Part shown: piece by piece, positions 37,038-49,481 of the stretch
Layout of the letters: each line of letters starts with the position of its first letter
Position numbering within the stretch: position 1 is the first letter of the stretch
DNA from: Curvularia clavata
Taxonomy: Eukaryota
Length of the DNA: 64,000 nucleotides
Assembly (NCBI GenBank): GCA_023920165.1
Contig: CP089277.1
Span: forward strand, 3,348,001-3,412,000
Direction of reading: 5' to 3'
Made by a program: the position numbers and the translations under genes
The notes under the pieces: model-generated
Database searches by the model: none
The model's input: the letters and a program-made list of their open reading frames with translations, nothing else
Told to the model about the DNA's origin: nothing

Positions 37038-38588
37038 GCTGTTGTGGTGTAATGATTGGCTGAGAGATGGAGATTTTGTGGGCTTTGTTGCGAGATTGGT
37101 ATGAGCGGATGAGGCAGTTTTTATAACTGGGAGGGATATGGTGTTTAGTGATATTAGCGTTCATCATAATCAAGCTAGCCATGCGACATTTGGTCTAGAC
37201 AAATGGAATCTACAGCAGCAAGTCGTTCTAGTTTAGGGATTCTGTTTCCTATCCACAGGTATACAATCACGGCGTGAAGTTTGCATGGATGGTTCCACCA
37301 TTTCCGAGCCTTTGACAATCTCATCCAAAGATGGTTTACTTGGATGTGATATGTGTGCTTGTCGTTCCAGGTATCTCAAAGTTATTTTTTGGTCAGAGAC
37401 TGGGGGCCACCCGAAAGATCAATTGTTCGTAAACTTGAAGATGAAAGACGAATTAGGCTTTCACTAGAGTCGTGAGACTAGATCTCCTTAGGTCTTTGGG
37501 CAAAGAGCAGGAACAGTCAATCGCTTTGCGTGACCTTGGTTAGAACGTGCGATGATGTAGTCATGCAATTTTATAATTATATTTTCGTTGGGGCAAATTC
37601 AACTAAGTATCTAAAGCTTTACCCATAAGAATCTTAGAAGCAATGTGGATCCTACCATAAAAAACGTGTAAAGAGAACAGGTGTTCTTGTATTTGAAGGT
37701 TCTCATACTTGGGAATGGGGGTCATGTAGGGAAGTTTGATGATTCTCACCGACATCATGACAGCATGTGAAGCTATGTTGTTTGTTAGAATAGTCGAATT
37801 GCAAGAGGGAAATACAGCATTAAAATTGAATGTCAACAGTACCAGTGAGCATGGCTGTGTTATCAAGCAAAGCCACATGGACACAATCACAGCGGGCGGT
37901 ATTAGGTATATTGGCAGACAAGTAAACTCGGCCAGCCTGCCGCTATTCAAGAAACCTATGACCTCTGTTCAAAGTGGTGAACGATGATATTCGGATCCAA
38001 TCCATGCTCAACGATAGTCCGAGTCCTGAGTTCATCTCGCTCCCCTTTCTCCCACCCTGGATTGAAAACCACCGTCGACCCCTAGCAACCTGTCATCCCA
38101 GCAGATTCTTACCGTACTAAATAGTACCACAGTCGCGTCCAGGTGTACCCGGGCGCGTCGCCATTCCAGGGGCTATAGGCCCAGCTCTACGCATTGGTCG
38201 TGCGCGAATCAATCGACTTTTAGTGAGCGGGTCGTCGCGTGTGTGGACAGGGATCTTCCCACGCGACGCGCCCTTGGTTTCCCCGGCAAGAGACGCAGGG
38301 ACACGCCGCCCAAACGGATAAACACAACATCTAAAAGCAACTTTTGCGGAGCTGGCAACGCCAACCACACCGCAACTACTGCACTTACGCTCTCACCTTG
38401 ACCGACACCAGTACGAAGCGGGCGGATTTTACCTGTGGCACCTCTCTCCTTTGTCCTGAGCCTTCGGACGCCCCTACTTTCTTCTTCTCTACCGCTAGCT
38501 GGTACCCCACTGTGCACAGCATCTTCCCTCCAGGCTCGAACAACAGCAGCCAAACCTCCCTCCGCGTGTCCTACCTAACTCCAAAACC

Positions 38589-39238
38589 ATGGCCCTCTCC
38601 TCCAACGGCCGCGGAAACGGCGCCAACGCGACCGTCGCCCAGCGGTATGTACTGCCCCCACTACGCATTGCCACAACACGACCTCTAACTGGCCACACTC
38701 CAGCCTGCAAAAAGAGCTCATGGACATCATGACCAAGCCAACGCCCGGCATAACCGCCTTCCCCGACGACGAAAACATGACCAAATGGACAGCAACCATT
38801 GACGGCCCCGCCGACACACCCTACGCAAACCTCGTCTTCAAACTCTCCATGGAATTTGCTGCAAATTACCCTTACAGCCCGCCTACCGTACTCTACAAAA
38901 CACCTATTTACCACCCCAATGTCGACTTTTCCGGCAGGATTTGTCTAGATATACTAAAGGATAAGTGGAGTGCGATTTACAACATCACAACGGTGCTGCT
39001 GAGTTTGCAGAGTTTACTTGGAGAGCCCAACAAGTAAGTTGATTCATCTTGATATGTCAGGAAAACAATTGGCATACTGAAGAGTGCCATGTATGGAGAA
39101 AAGAAAATATGCTAACGGTGACGAAATAGTTCGAGTCCGCTAAACGGTCAGGCTGCTGAGCTTTGGGATAAGGATCCAGAGGAATACAAGCGTCTTGTGC
39201 TTGCTCGCCACAAGGCTCCCGAGGAACTAGATGCCTGA
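38589..39238 (+). CDS. UBC11: Ubiquitin-conjugating enzyme E2-C (UbcH10/Ubc11); introns 38645-38703, 39034-39129
   Basis: RLQKELMDIM...GITAFP...YPYSPP...YHPNVDFSGRICLDILKDKW...SLLGEPNNSSPLNGQAAELW. Confidence 0.92.
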
Positions 39239-42200
39239 ATTGGCGGGCCGTTATCTTTCGATCTCAACGTCCCGTTCATGACGCGGGTTCGGCACTGCCT
39301 CGTAGTCCTCCGGTACATGCCCGTAGTCGGTCCGGCTACTGCAGCAGCAATGCTGCCGTCGACACACGAGCTCATTGCCATCGGATGTTTTTCAGCAAAT
39401 GGTGTTTGGGGAATTAGCGGGGGGTGCAAAGCACATTGTTTGAAAAAAGAAATGGAGACTCGGTTCATTTCTTAAACGGGTGGGAGCGGCGGTTCTTGAG
39501 GCTTTTATGATTCCAATGCAAACACGAGTTATGTTTTTTTTCTTTAGTGAGATAGAAGGGAAAGAGGACTTGTGCCGCGGCATCAACGGAAACGGCTTAT
39601 CTTCGTCCATCTTGGCAGTCTTTTCCTTCCTTTCCGCTTTTCGTGTAAGATAACGTGCACAAGGCCGAACAGAGCTTGGAACAACGCATATCTATAGTGA
39701 AAAGGCATTGATGCCGTTTTTGCTGCGCCACCCACTGTTCTGTTCCCTACCCTCATAGACTTTCCGTGTCTGTGCCCGCTTCGGCAATAGAAAAGTAGGT
39801 TTTGTTTGAGGGGTAGAGAGGGTGAGAGCAACGGCAATTCTCTTTCTCTCGCGACTTTTGCGCTAATTGTTTTTACCTACCGTTTTTCGCGCAGCCATAT
39901 ATGCAAGAATATCAGCCATTCGTTTGCTAGAAACCGAATTAAGGAAATAACTAGACCTATTTGCCTTGTTTACTTTTTCCAAGGGCCCTTCGTGCTTCGT
40001 ATTGCGCTTGAGCGGAATATTGACTTTCCGTACATGTACGGTAGGCACACGTACAATACATGTACAGCATGATGCAGCCATCCCATTCCTGTAGCTATTG
40101 CTTAAACTTTCTCAAAGCAGCTAAAGTCCGTACATTCATCCACCCTCTCGCATTGGCAGCTCGGACTGGAATGCCCACCCAGAAACATGGGGGGATTTGC
40201 CGTCCTCGGCCGGCCGCGCACGCACACCCCCTCACCATTGTGGATGCAGTGCCGCTTTTTCATAGCCAAACCACCTGTTCCGTTGGAAAAAAGCAGGTGA
40301 TTAAAACACATGCGGGCAAATACGGGCGCACCACACCACATGCAAGTCTGCTGGTTAGTATCACCCCCTCTCTCTATGGTGAGCGAGCGATGGCCCTCGC
40401 TGCGGCGGGTGCTGGTGCGGACCATGTTTATTCGTCACGGACCCCACGCCCGCCACTGCCGCCGCCGACATGAGAGCAGGATCAGTGGCCGGGGGGAGGG
40501 GGCAGGTCGGAAGGGTGGGCACAAGACTGTAGGTACAATACGCGAGAAAGAGCGCCTTGACTTCTGGAAGAGAGGGTGTGTGATGGGCTGGTCACAATAC
40601 GCACGCGCGGTGCGGGCGCCATCTTTTGGCTGCCAGGGCACATCACATCAACGGCAGGGCTCAACACAGATTGGAAGGGATCGCCCCCTTTCGCGGATCA
40701 GGGCCCAACAGGTTTAGTTTGGCGCGGGGGTTTGGGTGGTCTTTTTGGTTGACTTCGTACCTGGTATTGTATGTATTTTGGATGAGGAGTATTAGAGCAA
40801 ATAGGGAAGGTGGGCGGTGTACGTACACCACAGAGCCGGTTTTGGGTCGCGGCTGTCTTCAACAAGAGTCGGGTGGATTTAGGTGTTTGACGTGGCGCCC
40901 ATGGAGGGGTAGGTGGTGCTTCGCTATAATAGCGGTGGCGGTGGTGAGCTGCTATGAGCGAGGTGGACATGGTAGGCCGGTCTGGAGAAGTCGAAATGAT
41001 TGCATCGAATTGAAACTTGTGAGATTGAGAAGGTGTATACGAATTGTGTGACGGATTTCATTTCGCAATAGCAGCGGTTCATGCATGTGGATGATGGGCC
41101 GATGTACAACGTAACGACTCCAACCGACATTAAGAATGGAATGTAAGGCGACATGATACAAGCCCCCCCCCGGGATCCAATCTCCCGAATAGTGTCGACC
41201 TCGGGGGCCGCCGCGCGCGTAGGTCACGGCACCTGGTACGGGCTTGCACTTTGTCACCTGTCAGAAACAGTCCATATTCTGGCACAGGTCTTGACGTCGA
41301 CATTGGTAGCTGCACATGGTCGGCCTTGTTCGGCCAGGCAGATGGTGAGTATAGGGGTCAGGCAATATAGGGGCCCGGATCCAGGTCAACTGTCCGCTGT
41401 AGAGGATATGGGAGCGAGTTTGAGTAGTGCAGCAACAGGGAGAGTGTAAAGTGCTTCTTGTGGAATGTCTGTCCGTTAGCCTCATTTGTCCATAGATGGT
41501 GCCGACGCACACGCGCAGACAAGCACCGCTCCGGGTTTAATCCGTCTCGGGACGTCGGGTAGCGCAAGGCAAAGAGGAAGAGAATAGAGTACACAGGCCA
41601 AGATGCGATTGTAAGGGGAGCCAGCATGGCATTGTTTGATGTAGCGCACCATGACATGTGGCACGAGAAGGCCCAAGCAGACTATGGCAGAGACATGGAG
41701 TTGATCCGATTTCAGAAGCGGGAGGTACGCACGCGACGGGCAAACTGATCGAGAAAAAGCACCCGCATTGCCATGGCTGTACTCTGCTTGGCTGGCGTGT
41801 GGGCGGTCTTGTGACGAGCGGTTGTCACACTTCATCTAAGTAGCATGCGACAGGTTTGCAAGTGTAATATCGCCAAAGGACGGGAGCAGGGGGTGTGAAT
41901 GAATATTGTAACGTTCGCCCGACAAAAAGTTTGTCCAGATTGAAGGACGTTTTGTCCAGGCCAGCGAGCAGCGAAGCCACTGCTGATCACGGATGATATG
42001 ATGGAGGGGCTGGCGCCTCGTATTTGTAGAGGGCTTACAGACTTGGTATTGCATGCAGGTCAGCGTGTGCTGGTGGTCTGGCAGCAGCGGTACATGTCGA
42101 GGTACTGCTGTACAAGGTCGAGTTCTCAGGCGATCGGTTATTGTTGCCGGCGGCCCAAGTGGATGCGAGGTTAGTGTTGGTGCGTCGCATACCGCATGAC

Positions 42201-43910
42201 GCTGCAGCCAACACGCAGTCTACGAATCATGGAAGCTTCTCTGCGTGCCGGCGCACGTTGGCTGGGATAGTTGGAGTATCGGGGAAGCTGTGGCTGACTG
42301 CTAAGAGGTGGGGGTTGTTGAGTTTAGTGGCTTGACTCGTGCCGGTCATGGAAACACGGTGGGTGTCAGCAAACACAGAGTCGGGCACGACGATGGTGGT
42401 CGAGTTGGATGCTGGCATGAGCATGTACAGCATGCCTGCGGGTGTATGCCATGGTATTGGTGTGTGAGTGGTCTGGCTGGGGATGGCATGGCATGGTAAG
42501 GTGTGGGTTGTTCCGCAGAGGTGCGGGGCTCCCGGCTGCACCAAAATAGGCAGCGCTAAGCCTGTCGTGGCGTGTCCCGATGGGTACGCCCTCCACCACC
42601 ACCGATGGCTACCCGCCATGCCGGATGACAGCGCGGGTGACGCGATGCTCCCATCCGCACGCCTGAAGCCGCACCGCAGCCCTTTTTTTTCTGTTCGTCA
42701 GGCGACGCGCCTCTTGTGCATGTCAGTCTCAGGCTGGAGGCTGCAGGCCGAGTGCAGGCCAGTACGAGGGCTCGCAGCGCCGTGGTCTCAAACATGGGCC
42801 CAGCCATGGATGCGAAACAGGTACGCCCGCAAGCGCAGGCGGCGACAACCCTGCCCGGCCTTGCGCAGGGCCCGGCTCCCAAATTCCGCCGTCGTTTTTT
42901 AAACGCAGAGCCATTTGCTGCCCGCAATGCTGCCACGAGCGACTGCGGACCTGCCCAGACTGTGCCAGACTCAGCACAGCGTGCAGCGTCGGTCAGCAGG
43001 CGTTGCATCATGGCGCCGGACAGGTGCATGGCGTGACGGGCAGCCCGCGAAGCCCGCCAGGCCGACTCAGCACAGCACAGCACAGCACAGCGGGCGGCGA
43101 GAACTGGGGCGACGGCTGCTTAAGTAGGGCGAAGGCAGCGGCGGGCCCAGAAGGCTGGCGCGGGAGTCGAGTGGACGTGGTGGTAGTCGTGGTACTGGCG
43201 TGGTGGTGTGCGGTGTGCTGCACGACGTACCTTGAAAGCGGGCCGGGGCTGGATTCGGCACCCTGGCAGGCGTAATCGTTCTATGCGCCCTTGCTCGGAC
43301 CCACCGCCGTCGAGGCATGCGGCGTCCGCTGGCTCGCTGGCTGGCTCGCTGGCTGGCTGGCTGGCGGGCTGCCTTCGTCGCCGTCCTGGCTGCCGGCCGG
43401 CGCTGACTGGACTGCCCTGCCCTGCTCTGCCACACCATTCCTCGCCCTGCACCCGCCCACCTCAACCTCTTCTCACATCACATCACATCACCCAGTGTGT
43501 GTGTGAAAACCTTGGGCCGTTTTGCTCGTCGTCGTGCTGCTGCTTGCCAGCCTAGAGTCCTGACAGCGTCACGGCCAATCGTTTCATCATCGTACCTTGA
43601 CACCCCGTGCACGCTCGTTCGCTGGAATCCGCCGCGCTATGACGGCCTAAGCTGTCTGACCTGTCTGACGGTCCTCACGGTCCTCCGAGCAACGAGCCCT
43701 TTGTTCGCTCCTCCGTCTTCTCCAAGCAAACAAACCACCGCCTCTTGCAAACGCCAGGCTTCGCAGTCACCAGGCCCACCCCAAACCCGCCTGCTCTCCG
43801 CTTGGTGCCTGGGTGCTCTCTCCATGCATTACATCTCCTAGCAACTCCCGCGTGCGAGCTTCACACCTCGTTCCGCCTCTTTACTCAGCCCGGCTACCAG
43901 CGACCTCATC

Positions 43911-46265
43911 ATGGCTGCTTCGCTGCTTCACACAGGGGGCATTGCCCTCGTCGGAGCCCCGGATGGCGACATCATACCCAAGGACGCCAAATCCACGCCG
44001 GTTCAGGCCATGCAGGTCGACATCACCCAAGACATTATCGACGAGCTCCTCGAAAGCGCCAGGGGCGGGAAGCTGCCCCAGATAATCTTTGGACGGACTC
44101 CTGTACGTGTGCAACCAAGCTCCCCCTTAAAGTCCCAGTCTGCCTGTACACTTGATGTTATGCTCGTCGTCATGGTGGTTCGACTCTCGGGGGGAAACGG
44201 GGCTAAGCACAACCTGAGCTAACCACCACAAACAGCAACTCAAGTATGGCGACAAGACGCACATGCTGCAGAGCAGCACCGAGCTTCATCGATACGAACT
44301 CTACAGGTCGAGCCGAAACAGTAGCTACGGTGACGACGACGACGACGACGACAGCCATTTCGAATTCGCGGGTTTGATCAACCATAGTCTCACGGTCCAC
44401 AAGGCGGAAGATGTGACGGCAGGCGTAGACTCAGCGCTGGAGCAGCTGAGGAACAACATGGCAGCCATTTCAGAGTTCAAGGAAGCCAACAAGTATGCCT
44501 CCCCAGTGACCCTGTGGCTGCCCTTGCCCCTTCGTCTTGTGTCGAGAAATGCGACTTGCTGTTATGCTGTGGCTATGATTTTGTGTACACCAGGACTGAC
44601 AAAGCTTGTTGCAGGACAATCGTCGCCGATGCCACACCAGGACGCGCCTCATCCCATCGCCGCTACCCTTCGGCCAGCTTTAAACCATCGCACCTTGCAC
44701 CTTCCAAGATTGGCTCCCCCCTGCTGAGCGCGCCTTCCTCCCCTATGCACAAGCGCCCACCTACCTCCCAGCCCACCAACAGCCACGACGTCGTTGTCAA
44801 CGCTCTCCGTGTTCCCGTCATCCACCTTCTTGCACGCGAGCCAGCTACTGAGGCTTCGCTCGCTGCCACATGCCGCACCTCGCTGGCCAACATTCGAGAT
44901 GTTTTGCCCAAGGTTGCCAAGCGCTCCACAACCGACACCGACAAGTGGCAGCTGACAGACAAGTCGTTCCGTGAATTGAACCCCTATAAATTCCCCTATC
45001 AGAGCCAGGAGGACCGTCAGCAGGCCATCGATAGCGCCATCAAGTCGTTTGATCGCCAACGGCTAGCAAAGGACGATAAGCTCTGGCAGATTCTCCTACC
45101 TCAGGACCAGCGGGGCCAGGGTATCTGTTTGTCGCGCTCGACTGTGAAGGCGCCCGAGGCCAAGCCCAAAGCAAGTACGCCCATGCACAAAATCTCCGAC
45201 CTCACCAAGAAGAAGCCCGTGGCTAAGAAGGCTGCCGACAAGACGACGGAGAAAAAGCCCAGGGAGACAAAGCCAAAGGCCCCCAAGGAGATTGAAATTA
45301 AGCCCAAGTCGTCCATCAAGGAAAAATACTTGGCTCGCCAGAAGTTAGCGGTGAAGGATGTAAAGGAAGTGAAAGTGCCAAAAGAGGTGAAGGAGGAGCA
45401 AACAAACGCTTCAACCCCAGCCACATCAACTCCACGTGCTGTCGCACCTCCTCTCCACAACACTCCTACTGACGCTTCGAAAAATCGCCCAAAGAAGCCA
45501 TCCACTACAGAAGGCAACGCCGCCTCCGCACGCACCAAGCCCAAGATGTCTGGCCGGGATGCACTACGGGACCGTCCTGTTCAGAGACCCTTCAAACCCA
45601 CCATGCCAGTCAACACCAAGCCGAAGAACCCGTCACCGCTCTCAGCTTCGCCGCCTATCAATGCCAGCGACTTGGACCAGTCGCACCCAGCCCACGAGGC
45701 TCTCGCGGCGTCTCCTGCCAAATCTTCAGTCAATTCTGACCGGTCGCTCAAACGCAAGGCCAATGACTTGGACAGCGACATTCACAACCACAATGTCGTG
45801 GCCAAGAAGCCGCAGATGGACCGCGCAACCCCGAAACAAACCCCCTCACACAGCAACAGCAAAGTCAATGCCTCGACGCCCTCGTCTACTAGCTCGATGA
45901 AGCGCAAATCCGACGACTCATCGTCATCCAACACGCCTTCTACGGCGCCAAAGGTCCGCAAGGTCGCCAACATTGACACTGGCCTCGCCTCACGCTACCA
46001 CCACAACAACCCTCGTGCGTCGCCAGGCGCCTCATCCTCTTCGACGACGTCACCCTCGATGCCGAGCCTGAGCTTCCGACAGACTGTTGAGCTTTCGCAA
46101 AAGTTCCAGAAGTACTACAAAAAGTACGAAGAGCTGTACTGGGAGCTGACAGAATCCGACAAGCCCCCGACCGAGGCTCAGCGCAACAATCTCCTCAAGA
46201 TGCACAAGCATCTGGAGGAGATGAAGCGCGAGATCAAGGCCGGTGCCGGCATGCACCACCGATGA
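43911..46265 (+). CDS. RNA polymerase II elongation factor ELL-like protein (introns 44103-44235, 44493-44614)
   Basis: Central ALRVPVIHLLA...WQLTDKSFRELNPYKFPY..EDRQQAI and a C-terminal occludin/ELL-like helix FQKYYKKYEELY...LLKMHKHLEEMKREI. Confidence 0.75.
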
Positions 46266-47602
46266 AGGAGCGGATCGTGTTACCGCTTATAAACTGCATT
46301 CAGAACGCGCTTGATTTTATACAGCACAGCTTTGCATATATACCCACGGCCTATCAGTCTGCCACGAATGGCGACCATCTGCATACCCCCGAAAAGGTGT
46401 TTGAAAGTTCCTTTCTGATTTTGGCGTTATACAGGGCGTTTTGGGTGTGAATGTGGATGGTGCATATGGGACATGGTGTTGATGCTTGTTTATGTTTGTT
46501 TGTTTCTTTCTTTTATACGCATACGTGCGGTTCGCCGACACCTAGCCCAACGTCCATGAACGCCATGATCATTATGCCGGTTGATACACAAAATGGGTTG
46601 TTTTCCAAGTTGGCATCAGTATAGAAAAATACCTTTGAATACGAGCAAACTCTCCATGATTCTCTCTTCTGCCTTTGGTGTGGTAGATATGGGTGTAAGC
46701 TCCCAGAGCTCTATATGGCGCGTGCAGAATGTTTCCGGAAGAATGCGCTCCACCAACAACCAGTATTGTAAAACACCCGAGCTAAAGCAGGCTAGCGCCA
46801 CAAAATCCCTCGTCTCGGAACACCATGCTGCAGCAGTGACCTGCATGCGAGTGAAGCGACGCACACCATTCTCTCGCCTACGTCATGATTCCAGAACCAT
46901 AAACTCACTCGAGTGATCAACATCCATCAAGAACCCAGATCCCCTTGATCGCCCTCTTATGTGCCGATCGCCCAGGCTTCCAGACCACAGCCGACAGAGC
47001 ACAGCACCAGGCATAGCACAGGCAAGGCTCTAGCCGACACCGTCCTCGCACTTGCGCAGACTAAGCGGATCGCCGGCAGCTCGGGGTCCGGCCCCCCTGC
47101 AACGGAGCACTCAGCCTTGTCAACCACGCTAGCCCGCCCTCGGCCTCTTCCCCCCCAATCGCGCGCCTCACCGAAAAATGTCCTGACGCCATACGTGTGC
47201 ACGTCTGGATCGAAGTACGCAACGACGACCTCAGCACTATTGTCATCACAGAATAACAGCTAACTTGTGCCTCTAACCTAATAATTTCTTTCTTTCCGGA
47301 CCTGATTGATTTTTTCTTCGCATTTCCCATATGCGTTTATTGCGGGGTTTCCTGTCAAGGTTTACTACACACGGCACTGCGAAACGAGAATACGCCCGCG
47401 TTCACGACATCAAGATTCAGTGGGATACGGCACCAGTCGGAAAACACAACGGCGACGACAATACAAAGGGTCCTAGCAGTATGGCTTTGAACGGTACGTG
47501 TGGGGAGTTTTTTGGTTGCTTTCGCCCATGGGGACAGCTCTTTCTCCCCGCAGTAGGTGGAGTAGATGCAGCACAGCGGCTTCCTCATTACTCGACACCC
47601 GC

Positions 47603-48284
47603 ATGATGATGCCCGTTATCCAAGGACCTTCTTTTTTTTCTCCCGGAAATAATGCTTTCCGGGTGAATTCGTATGACTCGCATCCCTACGCTCCTCCCTT
47701 CTCATTTCTGTGAAACGGGTTTGTTTTGCATCATGTCGAGCGTCATGTGTGTGATCGTCAGGTACGCAATGTTTCAGAGCCCTGGGCAGAACAACACAAC
47801 GGTAATGAGGGGAGGGATGGCTTGAATGTTTCAACCCTGCTACCGTCATACCTCTATCTCGTTGTGCAACTCTTACATCTTCACGTTTCTTCATTGAACC
47901 CTCAAATCTCACCCATTACTAACACCCTGGGTAGTCTTCAAACAACCTCTCGCGTTGCACTCCACACAGCCCTTGACCGGCTTCACCCGCTCAGGTTACT
48001 GCGAGGTGCCCGCTTCAGATGCTGGTAACCATGCTATCGCGGGTATCGTGTCAAAAGAGTTTCTAGACTTCTCGGCCGAGAGGGGGAATGACTTGCGCCA
48101 GGTGGGGCTTACGGATGGCTGCAAGTGGTGTCTTTGTGTAAGTAGGTGGAAGGAGGCGTTTGATGCAAGGACAGGGGATGATGATAAGAAAGTGCCGAAA
48201 GTAGTATTGAAAGCGACAAATGAGAAGGCGTTGAGGGGGGTTAAGATGGAGGAGTTGAAGATGTTTGCCGTGGATAAGGAGTAG
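47603..48284 (+). CDS. DUF2237 family protein (introns 47663-47761, 47802-47934)
   Basis: NVFKQPLALHS..LTGFTRSGYC...GNHAIAG...FLDFSAERGNDL...GCKWCLCVSRWKEA. The 5' exons were reconstructed from splice signals. Confidence 0.85.
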
Positions 48285-49481
48285 ATGTGCGTAGATTCGG
48301 ATAGGGGCTATTCATCTTAAGCACAAAACCATGTTGATTCGTAACCACAGTGTATCTTTTACACAGGGAGGCTGGTTGGCTTTCTATTGGTTTTTATTCT
48401 CGTACTTGCTCGCTGCCAATTCCAGGTGGTATAAACGGATATGCATCTTGGGATCTGAATAGATTATCCCAGCCATGGCATAGCATGTAGCATAACAGTC
48501 GCTTTCAGATCCTTGTCTAGTGTTTTTGGACTGTCCTTCCGTCTCGATGCCAATTCTCAACATAGGAAATGTCAATGAAATAATTGGACGTTTTCCATCC
48601 TACATCCACGTTACAGTTAGTATTCCGCATCTTGTCTTGACGGAGAATGAGGACTAGGATATAGAGTTGGAATGACTGCCATGAAATCTCATTTGCTTTT
48701 TTAAAACAAGTCTAGACCTTTTATAACTATTCCTATCCTTAATTGTGCTCTTGTCTCATGTCTCTACTGTTACTATCTGGATAAACAGATGGAAGTAGAA
48801 AACATGAATAAAAATAGTGGATAGATGAACCCTAACAAAGGTTGCAAATTCCAATTCACTCTTAACTAGCCTTAATAAAGGTATAATTCTTTCTGTACAT
48901 CATAGACGTCCCATACACACCTAGTTGTGCGCATTACCTTCTCTTTTTCTTCGACTTCCTTTCCACCCTCTTTACTAACCATTCGCGTGAGAAGCACTTC
49001 ATTTGCCTGAACCGACTAGCCCTACTTCCGGGTAACTATCGAAAAAAAAAACAGAAGGTTATTCACACATCTCCATCCCTGTGGCATATATCCCTCCAAA
49101 CCCCTATCCGTCTTGTGAGAAAACCATCAGGTACCGCAAATCACATCCGCATTGATGCGTTCAAAACACATTCAGACCCGTGCAAGCTTAGCAAAAACAG
49201 AAAATAACAATCATAGTAAATGAAAGTGACACGGACTATTTTATTGCTACAACGGCAGCCTCAGTGGAAAATGGAGATAGAATGCGATACACCGCGACTG
49301 TAGTCAAAAAGAAGAAGAAAGAACGCCTCTCGCTATGAATGTTGTAGCAGGCATGATCTGCCTAGAAGAATTGGCTATCAACCAAAGTATGTGTTGTGAA
49401 AAAAAAGACCCACAAGACAGATTCCCAACGCCAACGCCATCTTAGACAGAACCACCATTGCAGTCCCAGAAAAAAAAAAAA

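Noticed and set aside
37285..37990. Short ORFs in an AT-richer spacer
   Set aside because: No motif or consistent frame; cannot support a gene or pseudogene call.
44160..44215. Possible tRNA around GGTTCGACTC
   Set aside because: No acceptor, D or anticodon stems can be formed.
46560..47590. Fragmentary minus-strand reading frames with a possible intron
   Set aside because: Could be a gene relic, but I could not build a coherent frame or recognise a family.
48826..48838. AACCCTAAC, a telomerase-template-like word
   Set aside because: An isolated 9-mer with no recognisable telomerase RNA domains and too little intergenic space.
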